From Octopus sinensis (Eukaryota): a DNA stretch of 64,000 bases. Positions 52,166 to 64,000 of the stretch are shown in pieces; position 1 is the stretch's first letter; each line of letters opens with the position of its first letter. The stretch is from contig NC_043002.1 in NCBI RefSeq assembly GCF_006345805.1, positions 16,182,001 to 16,246,000 on the forward strand, given 5' to 3'. The notes under the pieces were generated by a model. It was not told the DNA's origin and did no database searches. It was given only the letters and a program-made list of their open reading frames with translations. The translations under genes and the position numbers were made by a program.

Positions 52166-52906
52166 AATTATTTGAAAAGGAACGCGGTGTGGATTACTAT
52201 TATTTAGATGATTTAATAGACCTTTATTTAAATATCCATCTAAAATTAAAACATACCAAAATATATATAACCTGTATGTATATTTCGCCATTGTTCAATA
52301 TCTACAACACAAAAAATTAGTACAAAATCATACATTAATTTATTTTAGTCGGAATATATATTCATTCATCTGAAAAAAAAACATACAGAATATGCAGTGA
52401 TATCAATGAACAGAAAAATATCTAGTAGAAATAATGGAAAAGCTATTTATATTCGCATATGTTATATGCAGAGCTATTAATAGTATATTCAACAATGTTG
52501 CGTTACGCCGAGAAACAGATTATCATGGAGACCAGTACTTTCAAAGTTTGAGGAAAGCTTTTTTTCGCATTTGAAAAACAACAAAGAAACTGAAGTATGA
52601 CATGAATATAATTAAGCAGAAACCAAAAATATAAAAGTGAGGATTTCCAAACACGTATGATATACAATTTAGCCCGGACAAAACAGTGACTTCGTGCTTT
52701 ATCAATACTGCAAAATGAATTTCAACGAACACAGAACTCAAACGTTTAGTTTCAGTGGGGGCAGGTTATATATAAATTTATGAACTGATCTTTAAAATAT
52801 AAAACTACATTCTTACAATTCTATACACATGCAAACTAACAAATATAATATTATCTATCTTATATTATCTATCTAATATATATACACGCACACACACACA
52901 TATATA

Positions 52907-53007
<101 letters not shown>

Positions 53008-53650
53008 TCAACAAATCGGATATACTTGTTGCTTATTTTGATTATAATCACCCCATTTGATTTATATGCATATTACCATACAAAATGTTGGTGCCTTTGA
53101 CTTAAGTAACATATTCATCTGAATCTAAATTTTGCTGAACTTATATATATATATATTATCTATCTAAAATATAGATAGATAATTCAAAATCTTACATATA
53201 TAGATAAGTAGAAAACGAAATAGACAAGTAGGTAGACGCAAGTGCTCTTTGAGTCAATATGGATGTAATTCACAAAAGGAATTGATGAAAGATTATATTC
53301 AGGCGGTTGTATAATCTGGCTCTTCATTACGACTGGCAAATTAAAAGCAATCTATATTGCGATTTCTAATCACAGTTTTATTAAAAGCTGTAATCGAATA
53401 TTAGGGATACTACCCTAAGTATATTTCGAAGCAGATAAGTAGATAATTCACAGAATTGGAGTGGAAGCCATTAAACAAATATAACTTACACAGTAAATAG
53501 ATCTAGGGTATCATGTATATCTTATGATCTCTACATATATACGTTATTTAATTATCTACGTTTCTATGCATACATATATATATACATATATAATGAGAGA
53601 GAGAGAGAGGGAGACAGAGACAGAGAGAGTTACTGTTATATATAGAGATG

Positions 53651-53681
<31 letters not shown>

Positions 53682-54799
53682 GAAGAGAGAGACAAGTTGG
53701 TAGAGATGATAGTTATAGATGCAAGTATTACGTATTTAGGACCGTGCATATGCGTATCGATATATGTATGCTTGTATATAACTGAGACTTTAGATGCAAA
53801 GGATGACTGATTTGGACTCTGTAGTTTGTCTTCGAATGAAATATATGATGAATATTTGCCGTATTATTGCCAAACGAATGTAAAATCGCATAAAGAAACT
53901 TCTGTAGAAAATAACATATATTTAAGCTTTAGAAACCGCAGCAATAATTCTAAAAAAAACTTTCTTGATACAAAACGAAATTAAGTTCTTGAAGTAGTTA
54001 TTCCTATTGCCAAGATTTTGCTTCTACACTGAATAACCGTTTTGCCTCTAAATCTAGCACTGAAAACGTGAATAGAAATTCTTCCTATTCTCTTGCATCT
54101 TAGAAGCACTATATTGGTTAAGGTAAATTCATGAACTTTCAACATAATTCCTTCGGTTCATTTACTTCTGAAGCAATAGCAAATATAATCTCAAAACAGC
54201 CATTGATGAAAACTCGGATAATACCACTATATATATCCATGAAATGTAGTCTTTATATACATAAATATGTATGTATAACTAACTATTTGCCTCAGCATAC
54301 CTAGTGTAAATAGGCAAATATCTTAATGATTGTTGTCATATATAAGTTTAATCATCTCCAAAGAATGCCACCTTCTTAATTGATATTCAATCGCTAAACG
54401 ATATGGTTCACTCCATGATACATAGAATCGCGGTCGTGGCTCTCTATTCTCCATTTCTACATAGATGTTGTCTTTCATGCACCTGGTGAATCAGACGCAC
54501 CCATTCTATGCGATTTTACACCTCATATCTTTCTTACTGCTTCCAAGTCTTTCGACCCAACACAATCAATTTTAAGCAATTCTTTGTCCTTAGAAGATAG
54601 TCTCTCCGGATTTTTCCCTGTTCACATTTCCAGCTGGCGTTTTCTAGGTCCAGTTTAAACGAAACATTAATGACATCAAATTCAATGGCTCCAGTGTGTC
54701 GGAAAATTCCAGAAAGGAATACAAATAAAAAACGAATACGAATAAAAGAAAAGCTTAAAAATAAGTACAAAAATTATTACAAACCCGATGCTAAATCGA

Positions 54800-55910
54800 C
54801 TGTAAATTGTTCAGATACAGACAGAATACACTGATGATACAGTTTTAATTGTCTGTAATATCAATCAAGTATTAAGCCGGTTACTACTATTTCTCTAATA
54901 TTCATAAAAAATACATTGTTACCTTTCGGTTAGGCCGTAAAAAAGACGAGGCTTACTTTTAAATTTCGTGATATAATTCATTTCATTTTCTGTCAGGCCG
55001 TTCATGTAGATAAATTAATACTGCTAGATTTTTCATTGTTCTTTGTTGTTTATAGTTTACAATTTTTTTCAGAGAAGCTATAATTTTCTTGCATGGATAA
55101 TACAAGGTTTTTGTAGTTATCTGTGTCCATCAGAAATAGAGCACTTCTTTTGTCTGCTTCTTTAATTGTTAGTTAAATTTTTTTTCTTTATGGAAACTTT
55201 TTGGCAAACTATGGAAATGATCGCAGAAGTCATCTACCGTGTTCTCCTATCCTTAGGTGGAACATAATTGCTTCAGTTTTTAACCAGTAATTCATCTTCG
55301 TTGTTGTAGTCAGTTAGTGCCTCTGTAAGTCGTAGTTTTCTGCAGGATTCCGAAATATTGTCTTTAATTTCATTCTGGTTAACTCTGCGTGGGGTTGCGT
55401 CAAATTTTAATCATTTAGCTAGTATACTGATTTTTGTTGCAGAGAGAATTTTCTTTGATAAATTTATTACCTTGGGTTTCTCTTTTATATATTGTTCCAA
55501 AGTATGGTCTGCTCCTCTCCACTCGACCTAAAAAAATGTTTACTGTAATTTGGGAGGTAGATATTATGAGTGTTATTATATTAAGATTGTTCGGAGGCTG
55601 GTTTTGCTCTCTAGGTAAATTGGTTGAAAGTACGTGGTTTACGTTTTTCATTGGTATAAAGTGTCAGGGTTCTTAATTATGTTTGAGATACTAGGGGATT
55701 ATCTTTGCTGTCTGAATAAATAGGTTGGAATTCCCTATGTTCAGTCTCTTCGATGATGGATAAAAGAAGACCCTTCAATATTACTAGTTGCTGGGGAGGA
55801 ATATTTACTTCCAACCTAGGTTGATATTTTTTAGTATTTCGTAGTGAAATGTCCCTATTAGTAGTTTGAAAACGGTTTACTTTCAAGTGATATTTAAGTA
55901 TCCATATTAT
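54800..55910 (-). mobile_element. Penelope-like element, N-terminal and RT-start coding remnant
   Basis: VILKGLLL (IPKGL), KFDATPR...SCRKLRLTE, IKEADKRSALFLMDTDNY (IKPADKGxAxVxMD), FYGLTE (FYGLPK). Confidence 0.85.
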
Positions 55911-56101
55911 CTAGTGGCCAGCATGGGGAAAATACCGTACAAAGGTAATAATTTTTAACAATTAAAAATGAGGGTGTCTAAGAGACACCAACATGCCGAA
56001 ATAGCAGTCGAAACTCTGACTATAAAAACCACGTTAAGGGTTCGTGTCGCACCATGAGATAAGACAGATAGACAAAATATACAAGCAAAAATTATTGAAT
56101 A

Positions 56102-56160
56102 ATTCAAGATCCCAGATTTCTGGTTTTGCTTTAAATAAGCTTTACCATCATCGGTTGAAT
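56102..56160 (-). ncRNA. Type I hammerhead, copy 1 (U4C core)
   Basis: AUUCAA-CCGAUGA-UGGU-aaa-GCUU-auuua-AAGC-aaa-ACCA-GAAA-UCU-G-GGA-UC|UUGAAU. Confidence 0.8.
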
Positions 56161-56580
56161 ATATCAAGAGTACATAAATACAGATATATACATGCAGAAC
56201 AAACGATATACTTACATATACGAACGTCCATACATAAATACATATGCACGTATGCACGCGGCCAGTTAAATTACCCGCCGAATCATCCCAAAGTACGACA
56301 CGGTTAAAATAAACACCGCAGTGAAAATAATAACGAATTATATATATTTATATATGAGGATAATATCGATATTTAAGTATCCATATTATCTAGTGGCCAG
56401 CATGGGAAAAATACCGTACAAAGGTAATAATTTTTAACAATTAAAAATGAGGGTGTCTAAGAGACACCAACATGCCGAAATAGCAGTCGAAACTCTGACT
56501 ATAAAAACCACGTTAAGGGTTCGTGTCGCACCATGAGATAAGACAGATAGACAAAATATACAAGCAAAAATTATTGAATA

Positions 56581-56639
56581 ATTCAAGATCCAGGATTTCT
56601 GGTTTTGCTTTAAATAAGCTTTACCATCATCGGTTGAAT
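56581..56639 (-). ncRNA. Type I hammerhead, copy 2 (U4C core)
   Basis: As copy 1, with stem III AUCC-U-GGAU. Confidence 0.82.
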
Positions 56640-57057
56640 ATATCAAGAGTACATAAATACAGATATATACATGCAGAACAAACGATATACTTACATATAC
56701 GAACGTCCATACATAATACATATGCACGTATGCACGCGGCCAGTTAAATTACCCGCCGAATCATCCCAAAGTACGACACGGTTAAAATAAACACCGCAGT
56801 GAAAATAATAACGAATTATATATATTTATATATGAGGATAATATCGATATTTAAGTATCCATATTATCTAGTGGCCAGCATGGGAAAAATACCGTACAAA
56901 GGTAATAATTTTTAACAATAAAAATGAGGGTGTCTAAGAGACACCAACATGCCGAAATAGCAGTCGAAACTCTGACTATAAAAACCACGTTAAGGGTTCG
57001 TGTCGCACCATGAGATAAGACAGATAGACAAAATATACAAGCAAAAATTATTGAATA

Positions 57058-57116
57058 ATTCAAGATCCAGGATTTCTGGTTTTGCTTTAAATAAGCTTTA
57101 CCGTCATCGGTTGAAT
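57058..57116 (-). ncRNA. Type I hammerhead, copy 3 (U4C core, C.A at the first stem II pair)
   Basis: As copy 2, but CCGAUGA-CGGU. Confidence 0.75.
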
Positions 57117-57256
57117 ATATCAAGAGTACATAAATACAGATATATCCTTTCAAAAATAACAGTTGCACCACTCCATAGCAAAACTGTTGTGATTTTTTAT
57201 ACCTTGCCATCTGAGGCAGCTGGAGATACGACAGTTTAACACAATGCAACAATATG

Positions 57257-57322
<66 letters not shown>

Positions 57323-57819
57323 TGTGTGTGTGTAAAGTACAAACATCTGTGTTTTTGTAACTGTGTCTGTGTGTCTGTAGAATTCGAGAAAAAAATCGTT
57401 TAAACAATCAAATGCTTAAATGTTTAAATGAAGATCATAACAAATATATAAAGTTTGTTTATTTATTTATTTCTGTATTTTGTTTTTTGCTTCTACTTGT
57501 ATTTTGCCTCTGAATGTTGTCTGATTTTTTTTTCTTTTGGCAAATTCCTGGAAATATCACACTGGTTTGGGTATTCGTTCTTGTACTAATCGAAAGAAAA
57601 CAATGATCTATCAAAACATTTATTGAAAATTATCACCTGAAGGAAGGTATATTATATCCCGGATCGAAGGTAATGATTACTCAATATGATAATTACAGCA
57701 TCGCACCAAAGAATTACAAATGTAAAAATATAACAATGTGGGAAGACGACTGTAGTGCGATGTTAAATAATGTGGTTAAATCCATGTTCTCTTCTCTCTC
57801 TTTATTATAATTATAATTT

Positions 57820-57983
57820 AGGGTATCTAGGAGATACCACCACGCTGGAAATAGCAGCCAAATCTTGAATCTAACTTTACATTAAATGTTCATACAGAAC
57901 CAGGTGCTGTATGAAAATTTAATGTTGTTTTAGAGTCATGTTTGCCTACTATTTATAGCGTGATGGTATCTCTTACATACTCT
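57820..57983. mobile_element. 164-bp palindromic MITE-like element with ~35-bp imperfect inverted ends
   Basis: AGGGTATCTAGGAGATACCACCACGCTGGAAATAG versus reverse complement AGAGTATGTAAGAGATACCATCACGCTATAAATAG. Internal hairpin TTCATACAG/CTGTATGAA. Confidence 0.75.
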
Positions 57984-58076
57984 GAAATATAATTTTAATA
58001 ATGATTATTACCTTTGAAGGTTTTTATTCCCAAGCTGGCAACTTGATAAGATCGATATTTAAATTAACGTTTTTAT

Positions 58077-58149
<73 letters not shown>

Positions 58150-58189
58150 ATATATACATACATACAACATACATATATATTGTTGTATT

Positions 58190-59370
58190 TAGGGATGTTC
58201 ATGTTGCCAGTTTAACCAATAAAAAGACACGCACTATATATTTGGTGTTATTTTGCTTCAACTTTATTTTATTTTTTACATAAATCGTATTTCGACCAGA
58301 GTTCTTTCGTCACACTTCTTTGACCTCATAAGTGGCTCTTTGCTTTCCTCTTTCTTATTTGTGTCTCTTTCTTTACTAACGATTAGCCATTTTGTATTTT
58401 GTATTCCTCTTGTATCTTTATTTCCGTATGCGTTTACCCCTATGTGTGACTATGTATAGTAAGTGCCTGCGCGTGTGTGTGTGTGTGTGGGGGGGGGCGT
58501 GCCTCTATTATCTGTATCCCCTGTCTATACAGGGTAGAACCTACCCGTTTAGTAGAAACCCCCGTACTGATAGGAACTGTACCATGTGTAGATTTAGCCC
58601 ACAAACTAACTGTAAAGCCAGAAATGTAGTCTCAATTATAAGATGTACAGAGGGATGATGCAGTAACAATACAACGACGTACGTGGGGGAAACGGCACAG
58701 AGCATAGGAGAGCGGGTAAATGTACATTGGAAGGAACTTAAGGAAGAGAAGAGCTCATCGGTTCTGTACCAACACGCCGAGCAGGAACACAGGGGTTCAT
58801 TCAACAACGTAGAATATAAAATCTTGACCACACATCGAAGATTCAACGCTTAGACAAATTACAGAAGCTACACACATAATAGAAGATAAAACTAGTCTGA
58901 ATAGGAAACCGTAATGAAACACTAGCACCCCTCCTCAACACACTACAATATATGACAGAATAGGATTCCCATAAACTGATAACAATACAAACAAAACATA
59001 ATACATTACACAGATGAACAAATGGAATTAAATAACAATATACATTAACAACATTTAAATTTTTTTAAATAATTAAATTAAGTACAAAAAAAGTATAGAA
59101 AAATAAGAAGTAGGTATAAACACATTAACAAAATAAAAAAAAACAAATTACACGAACGTGTATAAACAAGGAATAGAGATAATACAGGCACCCCCCTCAC
59201 GCACTTACTAGACATAGACACACAGAGGGGTATACGCATGCGGAAATTAAGACACATACAATAGGAATGCAAAATGGCTAATCGTTAGTAAAGAAAGAGA
59301 CACAAATAAGAAAGAAGAAAGCAAAGGACCACTGTTTGGTCACAGAATCTTGCAAAACAAATATATAAAC
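58190..59370 (+). mobile_element. 5'-truncated Penelope-like element: GIY-YIG endonuclease end (58560-58915) with inverted pseudo-LTR at the 5' side
   Basis: CKARNVVSIIRC...YVGETAQSIGERVNVH...SVLYQH...H...RQITEATHI...SLNRK. 58330-58532 is an inverted copy of 59160-59335. Confidence 0.85.
58294..58336 (-). ncRNA. Decayed type I hammerhead in the inverted pseudo-LTR
   Basis: GCCA-CUUAUGA-G-GUC-aaagaagugu-GAC-GAAA-G-AA-C-UC|UGGUC. G5 is mutated. The sister arm at ~59326 reads GGACCA-CUG, which restores stem I and G5. Confidence 0.6.
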
Positions 59371-59482
59371 GTATATATATATATATATATATAATATATA
59401 TATATAATATATAAACATATGTGTACAGACATACACACACACCCATACATACACATATATACATTATATGTATATATATATA

Positions 59483-59614
<132 letters not shown>

Positions 59615-59689
59615 GTGTAAGTAGATTCAATTCGCGGAAACAGAGAGAATCCCTCCATATATGTGTGTGAGTGTGTGTGTATGTGTGTG

Positions 59690-59915
59690 TCCTACGCGCG
59701 AGAGTCTCGTGCATGAGCGTACTTCTGTCCGTCCTCCTTTATCGCTTAACAAACCATTGCGGGTATGTTTACGGCCCGGTGGAAAAGCGTTTCGGCAGAA
59801 GAATCCGGTAGAATCCATGCTTACATATATAAATACCGGGATCGATAAATTCGACAAATTGTTCAAGGCGGCGCCTCTGCATAACCGGAGTCTAATGATT
59901 GAAACAAGTAAGAAA
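59690..59915 (+). mobile_element. SINE family A 3' half, strongly diverged
   Basis: ATCGCTTAACAA...GTTTACG...TTCGGCAG...AAGGCGGCGC...TGAAACAAGTAAG. Confidence 0.55.
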
Positions 59916-60629
59916 TAGAAGATACTACTGGCTTTAGGGGTTCCACGTTTTCTTAGTGTCAGTATATTTCGTGGATGTACATAACTAGTATAATTATCAC
60001 GGTTATTGCTATAACTACTAATGTAAATTGATTTGTTTGTAATACTACTCTTAATCACCTGTGTAACCTCTTCATTGCGATAATGATTACTACCAAAGAG
60101 GCTGGTAACATTATAATTAATATTAATCTTATCTATGAGTTTAGGTTGGATAGTGGTGACACAACTGGCGTTAATTGAGCTTGTGTTGTTAGCGAACGAT
60201 AGTGCACATTATCGATATTCCGGTAAGCAGAACAATCAACACTTCCCAACATCCATGCTGTACGGAACTATTATATTTATTATCACACCACACATAATTG
60301 ACGGAACACCACGAGATGTAAAAGGATTTTATGTAACGATATGAGTTTGTTTCAATGGTATTGTTGAATAAGTTACATAACGGTCTTGACTTATTTTGGT
60401 GGGGGAAATAAATCCCGCTCTTGAAGCACGTGTAGTGATATTTTCAACGAACGTTTCGTTCTGTTTTGCTTATCATATGTGTATATATATATACATATAT
60501 GAAAGAAGGTTTGAAAATGCAATTTTAAAAGATGTTTATTTACTTGTGAATAAACATCTTTTAAATTTGCATTTTCAAACCTTCTTTCATATATAATTCC
60601 ACACGTACGGTACCATACAACTCCACTTT

Positions 60630-60670
<41 letters not shown>

Positions 60671-60729
60671 GTATCTCTCTCCCTCACACTGTCACTCTCG
60701 ATATATATATATATATATAATATATATAT

Positions 60730-60990
60730 GTAGGTCCGGGTTGATCCGGGGTTAACCACAGTAAGTAAGGTACTCAATACATAGCAGAGTAAAATTAATT
60801 TATTATATAGAAGGAGCTTCTACAGGACTAGTACTGTTTCATTCAAGAGAAATCTTCAGGAAGCTATTTAACAAGAATTGTATTAGCATTATACATTTAG
60901 GCAGTTTAAAGGAGTGGTGGTGGGGGACTTTTTTGGGGGTAGGCAGAGCGCAAAATATCATACTTGGGGGAGTGGTCAAGGAGTCAGTGG
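60730..60990 (-). mobile_element. PLE-like 3' terminus (non-coding) with hammerhead
   Basis: C-rich tract, hammerhead, AT-rich tail, ending at (TA)n. Confidence 0.6.
60815..60865 (-). ncRNA. Type I hammerhead, canonical core, GUA site
   Basis: AGCUUC-CUGAAGA-U-UUC-ucuu-GAA-U-GAAA-CAG-uacuaguc-CUG-UA|GAAGCU. Confidence 0.8.
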
Positions 60991-61009
60991 TAAGTTAGAT
61001 GAAAGAATA

Positions 61010-61282
61010 GATAAATAAAAAAATAAAATAAAAAATAAAAAATAAAAAATAAAAAAATAAAAAACTAAAAAAAAATAAAAAATAAAAAATAAAAAAATAA
61101 AAAAATAAAATAAAAAAAAAATAAAAAAAATAAAAAATAAAAAATAAAAAATAAAATAAAAAATAAAAAATAAAAAATAAAAAAATAAAAAACTAAAAAA
61201 AAATAAAAAATAAAAAATAAAAAAATAAAAAAATAAAATAAAAAAAAAAATAAAAAAATAAAAATTAAAATAAAAAATAAAA
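61010..61282. repeat. (A)4-8T low-complexity repeat
   Basis: Visible directly. Confidence 0.9.
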
Positions 61283-61366
61283 TGTGTGCACATACATACA
61301 TAAACACATATACATACACACACACATACGTACACATGTGTGCCTATACATACCTACACTACACAC

Positions 61367-61426
<60 letters not shown>

Positions 61427-61729
61427 TATATACACAATCAAATACAGGCCCATTCCCTAATTTTAATTTTATTATCTTCATTTATTACTTTTGTTATCTT
61501 TGATCGCTAGGGCTAAGGATCCTGGCGATGGCAGCATGTCCAATTGTCTGTCTACTAGAAGGCAAGTACTCGTTCCCGCACGCACACTCATTAGCACGTA
61601 CATACACCCATTCGTACACTCATACACATACACGTACGCACGCGTTATATTCATACGTACAAACATCTACAAACGTTCACGTATATACACATACGTACTC
61701 GTACCTACAGATTCATGTCTACACTTTAG

Positions 61730-61960
61730 GACCACATCTGGTACCTTAAAAGGAACTCTATCCCCTTCAAGACCAAGTGGAAACTACTACAGAAGGCACG
61801 CTCGTACACAGGAGGACATACCTGCTGTGACCTATGCATATCAGAGAGCCTAGAGATCTTGTTCGCCAAAGGCCCTCTCCTTAACAAATTTTCAGAACAC
61901 TCCCCAAATTGCATGCATAAGAAGTATGCGAACTATAAGAACTATAGACCTACCCGGCAA
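61730..61960 (+). mobile_element. Penelope-like GIY-YIG C-terminal fragment
   Basis: DHIWYLKRNSIPFKTKWKLLQKARSYTGGHTCCDLCISESLEILFAKGPLLNKFSEHSPNCMHK resembles the PLE terminal pattern HIW.LK...I.W.IL.KA..Y...C.LC..E...I...LLN.RSE...C.H. Confidence 0.8.
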
Positions 61961-62203
61961 CCTGATTGATGACAACCCCCCCCCTACTACCCCCCCAACC
62001 CCACTGTTCCCCTAGCACCCCCGATTACCTTTTCTCCTAAGACCTTTCACATATTGTATGTGCACGCTTGTATATGTGTATCGTATGTATGTATATATGT
62101 ATAGAAATGCATGGGTACAGTAGGATATACGCATGTATTATTGTGTTGTGTGTATGTATGCATGTAAAAAAATACATATATGTATATATGTTTGCATATA
62201 TGA

Positions 62204-62237
<34 letters not shown>

Positions 62238-62355
62238 GCTTGTATGTGTGTGTGTGTGTGTGTATATATGTATATGTGTTTGTATGTATATGTGTATATA
62301 CGTGTAAATGTATGTGTTTTTGTATGTGTATGTATGTATAAAATATTATATAATT

Positions 62356-62550
62356 AGGGCTTAGTAAAATAAAATAAATTACTTTGCCACATACTAAACT
62401 TTCTAGAAATAGCAGCCAATAAAGGTTTTTAGCCTCTTCCACTACTTAGAGAATTTTTTCCCTCTAACATTGTTTACTCAAAATAATAATGGTCCCTTTA
62501 CATACTGAATTCTTGGTGAATTTGATTAATAACTAATAACTTCACCCTCC
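62356..62550. repeat. Linear copy of the element family seen nested at 23858-24627
   Basis: AGGGCTTAGTAAAATAAA...TACTTTGCCACATACT...GAAATAGCAGCC...ATAATGGTCCCTTTACATACTGAA...CACCCTC. Confidence 0.8.
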
Positions 62551-62559
62551 CTTGTTGAT

Positions 62560-62947
62560 ATATATATGTATGTATGTGTACATGTATGTATATATATGTG
62601 TGTGGTTGTGAATGTGTGTATGTATGTATTTGTACATGTGTGTGTGTATATGTATGTGCGCGCGTTGTGTGTATGTATGTCTATGTATATTTGTATATGT
62701 ATGTGCATGTGTATGTATGTGTATATATATGTATATGTATGTATATATGTATTATATATATATGTATATATATGTGAATGTATATGTATGTATATATGTG
62801 TGTGTATATGTGTATTATGTATGTATTTATATAGATATGTAATTTATATATATATATATGTATGTATATGCATCTGTCTGTGTGTGTGTATGTGTATATA
62901 TGTGTATCATTATTGCGTATGTATACATGTATATGTGTATATGTATA

Positions 62948-62982
<35 letters not shown>

Positions 62983-62997
62983 GTATATATGTGGGGG

Positions 62998-63028
<31 letters not shown>

Positions 63029-63360
63029 GTGTATATGTGTATATATGTATATATATATATATATGTATGTATGTATGTATATGTATATATATATATATAT
63101 GTATGTATGTGTGTATGTATGTGTATGTATGTGTATATGTGTATATATGTATATATGTATATATATATGTATATATGTATATATATGTATATATATGTAT
63201 ATATATATATATATGTATATGTATATATATGTATATATGTATGTGTGTGTGTATATGTGTATATATGTATATGTATATGTGTATGTATGTGTGTATATAT
63301 ATATATATGTATGTATGTTGTATGTATGTATATATATGTATATGTATGTATATGTGTATG

Positions 63361-63409
<49 letters not shown>

Positions 63410-63519
63410 GTGTGTATGTATATGTGTATGTGTGTGTACATGTATATATATGTGTGTGTGTATATATATATATGTTTATATGTGAGTATGTAGAGATATA
63501 AGTATATGCATGTGTATAC

Positions 63520-63555
<36 letters not shown>

Positions 63556-64000
63556 GTATGGGTATGTGTATCCGTGTATATATGTATGTGTGTGTGTATG
63601 TATATGTATGTATGTGTGTATATATGTATGTGTATATGTGTATGTATGTGTATATATATATATATATATGTATGTATGTGTATGTGTATGTGTGTGTAGG
63701 TGTGCATGTATGTGTATGTGTATATGTGTATATATATGTTTGTGTATATATATGTATATATATATATGTGTATATATGTATATATATATATATATATATG
63801 TATATATGAGTGCGCGTGTGTGTATGTATGCATATATGTATGTATGCATGTATATGTGTATGTATATATGTGTGTAAGTGTGTGCATATATGTATATGTA
63901 AGTATGTGCGCGTGTATGAGTATGTATGTATGCTTGCACACGTGTATATATATGTGTGTGTGTGTATATATATGGATGCGCGTGCGTGCGTGCACGTGTA
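62560..64000. repeat. Long (TA)n/(TG)n/(TATG)n microsatellite field
   Basis: Visible directly. Confidence 0.97.

Larger units (their letters stand above)
55889..57145 (-). repeat. Tandem array of ~478-bp PLE pseudo-LTR units (2.6 copies), one hammerhead each
   Basis: Units start at 55889, 56368 and 56846 and are nearly identical. Confidence 0.95.

Noticed and set aside
55889-57145. Tandem array as CRISPR or satellite gene
   Set aside because: The units are ~478 bp with no spacers, in a eukaryotic context, and are explained as PLE pseudo-LTRs.
62566-63995. Long ORFs (up to 370 aa) rich in Y/I/H/T/C/V/M
   Set aside because: They are translations of TA/TG microsatellites with no protein signal. 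The same applies to 18075-18506, 18862-19281, 48941-49516 and 60976-61337.

Overview
AT-rich, microsatellite-dense eukaryotic DNA. The SINE families and repeat landscape look like a cephalopod (Octopus) genome, but this is recognition from memory and was not searched. No intact host gene, rRNA, true tRNA or CRISPR array is supported. The window is a mosaic of retroelements: a near full-length disrupted R4/Dong-clade LINE ending in (TAA)n, Tx1/L1, RTE and CR1 fragments, about 15 tRNA-derived SINEs, two mariner relics and many Penelope-like element (PLE) remnants. The main signal is RNA-level. I can fold at least five type I hammerhead ribozymes with essentially intact cores and several decayed ones. 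Three sit in a 2.6-copy ~478-bp tandem array directly upstream of a PLE ORF, a retrozyme-like layout predicting ~478-nt monomers or circles. A separate pair of 216-bp direct repeats, plus an unrelated neighbouring sequence, carries hammerhead core elements in a rearranged, pseudoknotted order (candidate non-circularly permuted hammerhead, predicted ~850-nt monomer). All folds were done by eye and none has been tested.
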